Below, piece by piece: positions 25,043 to 32,000 of a DNA stretch of 32,000 bases (position 1 is the first letter of the stretch; the number at the start of each line of letters is the position of its first letter). This DNA is from Candidatus Thalassarchaeaceae archaeon. Lineage in GTDB: Archaea; Thermoplasmatota; Poseidoniia; Poseidoniales; Thalassarchaeaceae. Location of the stretch: contig JBJLBP010000001.1 in NCBI GenBank assembly GCA_045568075.1, forward strand, positions 1,560,001 to 1,592,000, read 5' to 3'. The position numbers were made by a program, and so were the translations under genes. The notes below the pieces were generated by a model that had not been told where the DNA came from, made no database searches, and saw only the letters and a program-made list of their open reading frames with translations.

Positions 25043-26248
25043 TCATCGATATTGCAATTCAATCATGAGACTCTTGACCTCAGTGTTGTGAGTTTTCTCA
25101 TTCTGCAAATCCACAGTCCACGTTCCCGGCTCGAAACCTCGCACAGTAGAACCTCCTATGACAAGCCACACGCATCGGTCATCTGATTGACAATCACCGG
25201 CGTTGCGATTATCATCACCTACGCCGGTTGTGTTGGCGACCTCTTTGTCAGTCTCGTTGAAGATGAAGAGGTCGAGCTTGTTCTCTGTGTCTACACCGCC
25301 GAATGGCTGGTCAGCATCCTCGGCGGGGTAAGTGAGTTTGGTACGGAGGTAACGAATCTTGTTTTGGCCATCTTCGTAGGATACTGGGTAATCGAAGGTC
25401 ATGATGACTGGATCCTGATATCGTCGGTCGATGACGAAGTCAGTCCAAGTTGCCCGGTAATTGATGTAGAGAGTCGAGTCATCGGAGTCGGTCAATCCGT
25501 TATTGTCGGTGACCGTTAGTTGGATGTCCCACGAACCTGCCGGCATATCCTCGAGATTGATCGATTCTCCAGTCGCGTCAACATCGTTGGTTGCGTCACC
25601 ATCCTCATCTGAATCAATGTCGAGGTCAAGGTCCCACTCGTAGGATACAATGTATTCTTCAGCATAACAGTCGGAGTTGTCTGGGTTACAACCAGCCCAG
25701 GATTCCGAGCCATCCATGGTTACGCTAGCGGAGACGGTGATGCTGCGGTCGTTCTCGTCCTTATCCTCGCAGACCCAGACGAGAATGAATGAGCCAGCTG
25801 GTGGTTCCTCACCGTCGCAATCATTGTCCTTGGAGGTACTGATTTCGGCGCGCGGCTCGCGCGCGGACGCGTCGACGACTGTGATTACCTTGGTAGCGGT
25901 CGCTTCGTAGGTGCCGTCACTGACTGTCAAAGTCGCACCGTAATCACCTGGCTGAGAATAGGTATGGCTGGTTGTCAAGCCATTGCCGACGTTACCATCA
26001 CCGAAATTCCAACTGAAGGTTAGTGCGTCGGCGTCGGGGTCTGAAGAGCCTACTGCGCTGAATGTGAGAGAGTCGCCTGCGCGAACTGCTCCGTCAGGGT
26101 CGACGCTCATTTTAGCGGTCGGCGCACTGTTGAGAGAAAGTGATTCGAGGCAGCCTGCAAATGCCATGCTTAGCATCAGCATGACCACGAATGGAGCCAG
26201 ACCTCTGGTGCCTCTCATGGAATACGGTGGTATGGTGGCCGTCATCAA
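25043..26248 (-). CDS. secreted lipobox protein with PKD domain(s)
   Basis: 401 aa. Signal plus lipobox LSMAFAGC. PKD domain LTFSAVGSSDPDADALTFSWNFGDGNVGNGLTTSHTYSQPGDYGATLTVSDG. There is a second PKD-like segment (WDIQLTVTDNNGLTDSD) and a C-terminal beta-rich domain of unknown type. Confidence 0.7.
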   Translation of the reverse strand: MMTATIPPYSMRGTRGLAPFVVMLMLSMAFAGCLESLSLNSAPTAKMSVDPDGAVRAGDSLTFSAVGSSDPDADALTFSWNFGDGNVGNGLTTSHTYSQPGDYGATLTVSDGTYEATATKVITVVDASAREPRAEISTSKDNDCDGEEPPAGSFILVWVCEDKDENDRSITVSASVTMDGSESWAGCNPDNSDCYAEEYIVSYEWDLDLDIDSDEDGDATNDVDATGESINLEDMPAGSWDIQLTVTDNNGLTDSDDSTLYINYRATWTDFVIDRRYQDPVIMTFDYPVSYEDGQNKIRYLRTKLTYPAEDADQPFGGVDTENKLDLFIFNETDKEVANTTGVGDDNRNAGDCQSDDRCVWLVIGGSTVRGFEPGTWTVDLQNEKTHNTEVKSLMIELQYR

Positions 26249-26266
26249 CCCTACGGAATGATGTAA

Positions 26267-28963
26267 TCAGAAGAAATCGGACAAAGTTTGCTGCCTAGTC
26301 CCTTCTAGAAGCTCTTTTTGATTCCACCCGAAGGCTTCGGTAATTCGGCCTAGAGCGGTGGCTAATCGCCGGGCATAGAACTCTGGATCGTAGACCGGCG
26401 GCTCAACTCCCAATTCATCGACCATCCAGGCCTCTATGGTCATCGGTGAGGTCTTGGCATTGGTTACAATCCAGCCGACCTTCATCCCCGGAGTGAATCC
26501 GAGGCCTGCTTCGATACGTTGTTTCGCTGCGCGCACGTAAGGCATCGAATCGGGATTCTTGTAAGCCTTGGTGAAATCAACCGAACCATCACGTCGAAGA
26601 CTGCCCTTGCAAGAGCGTGAGATGACGAGGTCGGCAACTTCGATGCGGCGTGAGCGCACATCGTCAATGACTGTCTTCGTAAGTTCAACCGAGGACCATG
26701 GATCGTTAGCGAGAATCAACTCAAACATCTCAGTCATCGTCCTCGTCAGAATTCTGAACGAATCGGTACGCCTCACCTCGTAACCGCGGATGAGCATCTC
26801 CTCACGCGGCCAAACTACACGTCCGACGTACCTCTTCTTTGCACCGTGTGAAAAGAAAGCCGAGAGAGCGGTTTCGAATTCGAGTTCTGCACCCTCTCTC
26901 GTGAATCGCTCGGCGAGTCGATTACCAAAGCTAAGCGTCTCCTCACGAGCCGCCTTCCAATCTGCGAATACCAATGCATTCTCTGGAGGGCGGTCAATGG
27001 GTGAGTCCGCTTCGACAGGGGCGCGAACAAAGATCGAGTCGGTGTCGGAATAGACCACACCATAGCCATCATTCTCGAGGCTCGCAATGATTGTCCGAAT
27101 GTTGTGCCGAGCCCATTCCGTGATACTCGCTCCGAGGTCAGGATGGGTGAATCGATAGAAAGAAGACGCGAATACTCCATAGAAGGAATTCATCAGAATT
27201 TTCACCGCATACTGCAGTTGGTCATGCAAGAAAGCAGCCTCTTCGTCACCCGATTCGCGTGCTTTCTTGAGCTCCGCTTTGTGATGGTCGCGCCGAGCCA
27301 TAAGATCACTGAGCAGGCGCGGGACCAAACCATTCCGCTCATCGGTTGAAACGTAACGCGTGCTGGTGGCTGGAGAGATATTGTGTGAACTGTCGACACG
27401 CCCATCTCTGACAAGTGTGGTCGAGCAGATATTCTGTGCAATCATGATTGAAGGGTACATCGATTTGAAGTCGAGCACGGCGACCCAAGGATGGATTCCC
27501 GGCTCGACTTCGTGGACGTAGCCGCCAGCGATTTGGTCGCGGCGGCGGGGTCCTGATTGAGTCATCGGCACGGCGATATTCTCGCGGTCTGCGAGGCGGA
27601 TTACAAGCGAGTCAATCCATTGACTGGTCGTGCCAGCGGCAGCGGTTTCAACCGTAGTACTGGCTACCGCTGCCAGCGCTTCTTTGCGTTCGACGGATTG
27701 TAAGTGACCGAGGATGTCGAGTGGAAGATGAGTATCTCTGACACAGTATTCCATCACCTCATCTGGGCGAGCCGCCCATTCCTCATCCATCCGGCTTGCA
27801 TCGATGTCGAGTTTCTGCTTGTCTTCGGAGTCCGGCCAGAGCATATTGGCGACGAAGCGGAGTGATTCACGCTCTGGCCGCAGGGTCTGGCGAACCTGCC
27901 ACCAAGCATCCATCGGGATTCGGCCTGTCATCCGCCAGACTCGGTTGACGGCGCGTTCGGGCTTCAGCCTCTTGGCTTCGCTCTCAATCGCTGGAACGCG
28001 TCCCCAACCACACAAAGCAGCCTGCTCAAAACGCGAGCGACCCGAGTTCTCCTCGGCTCGCTCGATAATCCGCGGCAGATCGAAATTATCGATATTGTAT
28101 CCTGTGATGAAATCAGGATCTTCGTCGCGCACCAGCCGAGTCATCCCCTCGAGGATGTCTTTCTCGGCCCCACGGAACTCATGCTCGGTGCGTGAACCTC
28201 CACGATCAACCACAACTGCCGCGCACAGAATCGTATTGTGTTTCACGCTCGTCTCCAAATCTAGAGAGAGTGTGACAAAGGGAGCGGGGAAAGGATCTGC
28301 ACGAGATAGGTCTTCGACTGTACAAGAGATTACCACATCGCATGGATAGAGTCCCGAGCCGCCGAAGTCGCGGATGCGCTCGGCGGCCTCGACGCGCCCA
28401 CCATCAAAATCGGCAGCCAACTCGGCGGGTGCACGGCTACCAGCCCACAACACCTCACCTGTAACACGCACGTGAGGACCGAGGTCGAGGTCGAGCAGCA
28501 AGCGCTGAACAAACAAAATGTCCGCACTGGTCACCTCCCAATCGTTGTCCGCAAGCAGTCGCTTGCGCAAGCGGGGCACCACGTATGGCTGCTCAACATC
28601 CACTCGCCAGTGAGGTTTCATTCCCAAAGGAGTCCACTTCTCAACAGGCTCGCCGATACCGGTAACCTCGCTCATTTCGCGCACCAAATCGAGTGATAGG
28701 TCCGCTGCCTCAGCCTGACGTGGCTTTCCAGGCAGCGCAATCTCGAGGAACGGTTTCAATCCTTGAACAAGCACAACGACGGAATGTCCCTCGCGCGCAC
28801 GGCACCACAACTCAACAGTTGTGCGCGGCGGAGTCGAAGCCACCGCCTGATACGATCCGGAGACGATGCACATCTCTCCTTCCCAACGCATGGTAGAACC
28901 CCGAGTGACCGTGGGTGAGTCACCAATGAAGCCTTTTGCGGAGGGCTGAAAATCAGATTTCAC
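26267..28963 (-). CDS. polB: family B DNA polymerase
   Basis: Exo I LSLDLETS, Exo II ITGYNIDNFDLPRI, Exo III YCVRDTHL, motif A DFKSMYPSIM, motif B KILMNSFYG, motif C VVYSDTDS. No intein. The start is uncertain (track GTG 28963, alternative ATG 28891). Confidence 0.92.
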   Translation of the reverse strand: MKSDFQPSAKGFIGDSPTVTRGSTMRWEGEMCIVSGSYQAVASTPPRTTVELWCRAREGHSVVVLVQGLKPFLEIALPGKPRQAEAADLSLDLVREMSEVTGIGEPVEKWTPLGMKPHWRVDVEQPYVVPRLRKRLLADNDWEVTSADILFVQRLLLDLDLGPHVRVTGEVLWAGSRAPAELAADFDGGRVEAAERIRDFGGSGLYPCDVVISCTVEDLSRADPFPAPFVTLSLDLETSVKHNTILCAAVVVDRGGSRTEHEFRGAEKDILEGMTRLVRDEDPDFITGYNIDNFDLPRIIERAEENSGRSRFEQAALCGWGRVPAIESEAKRLKPERAVNRVWRMTGRIPMDAWWQVRQTLRPERESLRFVANMLWPDSEDKQKLDIDASRMDEEWAARPDEVMEYCVRDTHLPLDILGHLQSVERKEALAAVASTTVETAAAGTTSQWIDSLVIRLADRENIAVPMTQSGPRRRDQIAGGYVHEVEPGIHPWVAVLDFKSMYPSIMIAQNICSTTLVRDGRVDSSHNISPATSTRYVSTDERNGLVPRLLSDLMARRDHHKAELKKARESGDEEAAFLHDQLQYAVKILMNSFYGVFASSFYRFTHPDLGASITEWARHNIRTIIASLENDGYGVVYSDTDSIFVRAPVEADSPIDRPPENALVFADWKAAREETLSFGNRLAERFTREGAELEFETALSAFFSHGAKKRYVGRVVWPREEMLIRGYEVRRTDSFRILTRTMTEMFELILANDPWSSVELTKTVIDDVRSRRIEVADLVISRSCKGSLRRDGSVDFTKAYKNPDSMPYVRAAKQRIEAGLGFTPGMKVGWIVTNAKTSPMTIEAWMVDELGVEPPVYDPEFYARRLATALGRITEAFGWNQKELLEGTRQQTLSDFF

Positions 28964-29022
28964 GAGTTTGTTCAGAAATTGTTGAAAACCGACCCCTCTC
29001 CCACTGATTCATCGGTGGTCGG

Positions 29023-30060
29023 ATGATGGAGGAAACAGATTCCGGAGCCGAGCCTGCTATTGACTGGGACTCGATGACTTTCAGCTTCACCGAGACCGAC
29101 CGAATGTACATCGCAAAGTGCAAACAAGGCGAAGATTGGCAAGCGGGCATAATGCAGGACTTCCAAGAGCTCAGACTCTCCCCTGCTGCGGGCGTCATCA
29201 ACTACGGACAGGGACTGTTCGAGGGGATGAAAGCGCGGCGGGCGGAAGATGGCAGAGTGCTGCTATTCCGCCCGGAACTGAATGCGAGGCGCGCCCAGGG
29301 TGGCAGTAAGCGCCTCGGGATGGCTGTTGTATCGGAGGAGATGTTCCTCGATGCAGTCCATCAGGTGGTTCAAGAGAACATCAGGTGGCTTCCACCTAAC
29401 GGACGCGGAGAACTCTACATTCGCCCACTAATCTTTGGCAGTGGTGCGATTCTTGGAGTCGCTCCCGCACCCGAATACACATTCTTGGTCTATGCAGTAC
29501 CCGTTGGACCTTACTTCAAGGGCGGAATGAATCCGATTGCACTGAAGGTGTCCAATGAATTCCACCGAGCTGCGCCCGGTGGTTCGGGCGGCGTCAAGGC
29601 GATTGGAAATTACGCGCCCGGAATGATGCCTTCGAAGAATGCGAAAGCAGAGGGATATGCTGAGATCATCTATCTCGACGCTGTTCATCACCGATACGTC
29701 GAGGAGGTCGGAGCGGCCAACTTCTTCTGTGTCAAGGACAATGTTCTCTACACTCCAGAGTTGACCGGAACGATTCTTCCCGGAATTACCCGACTCTCTG
29801 TCATCGAGCTCGCTCGCTCACTCGGCTACCAAGTGCTCGAGACGAAAGTCGACATCGAATTCGCGATGGGGTCCGATGAAGCCTTCTGCGCTGGAACCGC
29901 AGCAGTCATCTCACCAATCGGCTCAATCGAGCACGGTGGTAATGTGGCGACCTATTGCGATGGCGAGGTCGGTGCGGTCACCAAGCAACTCTACGATGCC
30001 TTGTCTGCCATACAAGAGGGCAGAGCCCCAGACCCATTCGGCTGGACCCCATCGGTCTGA
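29023..30060 (+). CDS. ilvE: branched-chain amino acid aminotransferase (fold type IV)
   Basis: GLFEGMKA, YIRPLIFGSG, GGVKAIGNYA (PLP Lys), EEVGAANFF and LPGITR. Confidence 0.9.
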   Translation: MMEETDSGAEPAIDWDSMTFSFTETDRMYIAKCKQGEDWQAGIMQDFQELRLSPAAGVINYGQGLFEGMKARRAEDGRVLLFRPELNARRAQGGSKRLGMAVVSEEMFLDAVHQVVQENIRWLPPNGRGELYIRPLIFGSGAILGVAPAPEYTFLVYAVPVGPYFKGGMNPIALKVSNEFHRAAPGGSGGVKAIGNYAPGMMPSKNAKAEGYAEIIYLDAVHHRYVEEVGAANFFCVKDNVLYTPELTGTILPGITRLSVIELARSLGYQVLETKVDIEFAMGSDEAFCAGTAAVISPIGSIEHGGNVATYCDGEVGAVTKQLYDALSAIQEGRAPDPFGWTPSV

Positions 30061-30130
30061 CCGCTCTTGGCTCCAAATCATTCTATTGGAATTACTGGGA
30101 ACAAATCTGTAGTAGAGTGTGAATTCATAC

Positions 30131-30879
30131 TCAGAAGTTGGCCAAACCGAAGAAGGATCCATAGTCATCGTAGCGATGTACCTGGCCCGACCCTTGGTAA
30201 TTTCCATTCTCATCGAAAGCAGATTGCCGGATTGAGTATCAATCTCGTTCCAAGATGGATAAGATCTCAATAGAGATATTCTCCCAACCACCGTACAAAC
30301 TTCGTGTATCTTAGAGCGAGCAGGGACCTTCGCTCGTATTCCAGGGATGATCGTAATAGAATGAGTTCGCCCCAACTCATTTGTGGGCCACCAACGTCGC
30401 AGTGGTAGTCGCAGATGGGAGCAATCCAAGTCACCCCAGCAGCCAGAGTAAGCTGTGCTGGCCATGAATACTGGATATACTCAATTGCGTAGCCCTCCGG
30501 GATGTCTATAGTCAAGAATTGATAACTGATATCCGTAAACTTGCGCTAGCCCAATGGAATTGGCATGGGAGCCTTCGCAAAGGCTCCGTAACGGTCGAAG
30601 TACCAGGCCGCCTCATCTAGCAAATCGGCCACTAGTGGAGTTGTAGGTTTGTTCCCACGCATTGTAGTAATTGCTGCTATCTTCCCAATAGTTTACTTGG
30701 TTCGATGAGCCGTTTGATTGACTACCAACGATATAGAATACACTGCATGAGAAAGTCGAAGGCATCAGTCCTCTCCGAATTTGTCAGGTAATCATAGTAA
30801 GTGAAGGTGTAAGTGAAATCGTTATCCTGAGGGTCAGCCGGGGGGTTGATAATCGGGGAACAAATCTAATGCCGTAAAT
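30131..30879 (-). pseudogene. frameshifted remainder of the lipoprotein gene that starts at 31281
   Basis: Protein-like open segments hop between all three minus-strand frames (30725-30865, 30616-30783, 30549-30692, 30267-30545, 29923-30465). There is an in-frame TAG at 30546-30548. No intact ORF spans the region. Confidence 0.45.
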
Positions 30880-31281
30880 TCAAGATGTGCAACGAACATC
30901 AGGCCGCCTCCACTTGTCTGTTCCATTGACTCCTTCTCCAAACGAGGCGCCTCCGATATTCCAGGTGTTTTCAGACTGGTCGTAATTGTTGTTTTCAACT
31001 TCCCCACCATCGACATTCGTTGTGTTGTTGAAGTTGTTATTCACAATGTCGTGATAGGTGCCATCATCAACGATATATGTCGTATTGTTGTGGTAGTGAA
31101 TCTCCTGATTCACCGTCACAGACGTGTTATTGATGAAGTCCTGAAGGTTATCATCAATCATCTCGTTTAGTATCTCCATATCTATTCCAGAAGTGCCATC
31201 TCCATCTGGATCACCAGAGGTACATCCAGCAAAGGATGCGCTCAGCATCAGTAGAATCATTGGTATCGCGACTGCTCTCAT
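30880..31281 (-). CDS. N-terminal ORF of a secreted lipobox protein (probably the 5' fragment of a decayed gene)
   Basis: 133 aa. Signal plus lipobox LLMLSASFAGC, then an Asn/Asp/Thr-rich region. It terminates where other frames continue with protein-like sequence. Confidence 0.5.
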   Translation of the reverse strand: MRAVAIPMILLMLSASFAGCTSGDPDGDGTSGIDMEILNEMIDDNLQDFINNTSVTVNQEIHYHNNTTYIVDDGTYHDIVNNNFNNTTNVDGGEVENNNYDQSENTWNIGGASFGEGVNGTDKWRRPDVRCTS

Positions 31282-31405
31282 TGTTTCAGCAATGAAAATC
31301 GGCCTATGATAAACTTAGAGCAGGATTCAGCGCTTTCCGAATTTCTTACGTCGAGAAGACCCGGATTTTCCTTTGAATGACTTTCTTTGGGCGCGTTGCT
31401 GACGA

Positions 31406-31780
31406 TTACCACGCGAGGGGCCCTTTGCCGTGGCTTGAGCCTCGGCCTCCTTTGCCTCCTTCATCTGACTTCGAAGCCGAAGACCAATCGACTGAAGCAC
31501 ACCCTCCTTCGACTCGGCTTTGGTCGAGCCGAGAGCGTCTTTGGCAGAAATCTCCAGCCGTCCCCTCTTGGGAATAGGGTCGTGATGGGTGGCTTGTCTC
31601 TGGCTTGCGGCGCATCCGTGTAATTCCAGCCGCGCGCGCAGCCCATGCTACAGCTTCCAGAGTAGGATTAGCAATCGCGGCCTCCTTCGGCACACGACGC
31701 CCCTCTGATCGGCTCAACCGGGCGTCGAAATACCCAGTCCAAACCCACATCTCTTCTGTGCGCGAAGCCATTGCTGTCAC
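31406..31780 (-). CDS. srp19: signal recognition particle protein SRP19 (apparent frameshift in the C-terminal half)
   Basis: The N-terminal MWVWTGYFDARLSRSEGRRVPKEAAIANPTLE is a classic SRP19 sequence. After HPSRPYS, the conserved continuation (KRGRLEISAKD...SKEGVLQSIGLRL...basic tail) is in another frame that ends at 31327. Confidence 0.8.
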   Translation of the reverse strand: MTAMASRTEEMWVWTGYFDARLSRSEGRRVPKEAAIANPTLEAVAWAARAAGITRMRRKPETSHPSRPYSQEGTAGDFCQRRSRLDQSRVEGGCASVDWSSASKSDEGGKGGRGSSHGKGPLAW

Positions 31781-31874
31781 CCCTGCGGTAAATCGGACTC
31801 ACTTGAGACGTTCGGCAATACGAAGTCGAAGAAAGTGCAGAAGCGAATCTAGCCGAACCGGCTTGATTCCAATT

Positions 31875-32000
31875 TCACTCTTCGATGAGAATGCCGGAGA
31901 CGACGCCATCCATGCCCGGGCGCGAGGTAATTCTTACCTTGCCAGCCTCGGTATCTGCGATCGCGCCCTTGGTGATGATGTTGCGTCGAACGTAGTTAGG
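31875..32000 (-). CDS. rps8e: 30S ribosomal protein S8e (C-terminal 41 codons; gene continues beyond the window)
   Basis: [41 protein letters not shown] matches the conserved S8e C-terminus. The rps8e-srp19 adjacency is common in archaea. Confidence 0.85.
   Translation of the reverse strand, partial: PNYVRRNIITKGAIADTEAGKVRITSRPGMDGVVSGILIEE

Noticed and set aside
29923-30465. 180-aa minus-strand ORF treated as an independent gene.
   Set aside because: It would overlap the 3' end of ilvE by 138 nt. Its N-terminal part overlaps another protein-like frame. It is better explained as one fragment of the frameshifted gene remnant.
1-32000. Search by eye for CRISPR arrays, IS elements or terminal inverted repeats, rRNA genes, inteins in polB or infB, and additional tRNAs.
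   Set aside because: None found. There are no regularly spaced direct repeats and no transposase-like ORFs. polB (898 aa) and infB (about 593 aa) have contiguous motifs without intein blocks.

Overview
Archaeal chromosomal segment. The information-processing genes are all of the archaeal type: L7Ae, S28e, L24e, S8e, S10, aEF-1alpha, aIF5B, SRP19, family-B DNA polymerase and a Gins51-like protein. The many secreted, lipobox and peptidase genes suggest a planktonic Thermoplasmatota or Marine-Group-II-like euryarchaeon, but that is inference only. About 30 genes are tightly packed. I found one tRNA-Leu(CAA) and no rRNA, CRISPR array, transposase or integrase. Core blocks: prs; rpl7ae-rps28e-rpl24e, then a three-gene insertion, then ndk-infB; moxR, a YczE-like membrane protein and parA; a P1B metal ATPase plus a triple zinc-ribbon protein; Gins51-like and pepC; tuf-rps10; polB; ilvE; srp19-rps8e. 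The most unusual part is a low-GC block on the minus strand (about 11.15-15.7 kb). It encodes a beta-propeller surface protein with five Ca-binding-type repeat modules, a signal-peptide/TM-anchored double winged-helix regulator carrying the same kind of extracellular repeats, and a lipobox pentapeptide-repeat protein with a coiled-coil stalk. This is my best candidate for an undescribed surface-sensing or regulatory module. Other notable points: a kink-turn-like hairpin built from the SD and start codon of rpl7ae; an acidic-hydrophobic motif shared by the cytoplasmic N-tails of two membrane proteins; a multiply frameshifted lipoprotein gene remnant (30.1-31.3 kb); and an apparent +1 frameshift in srp19. 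All functional calls come from motif recognition by eye. No database search was possible.
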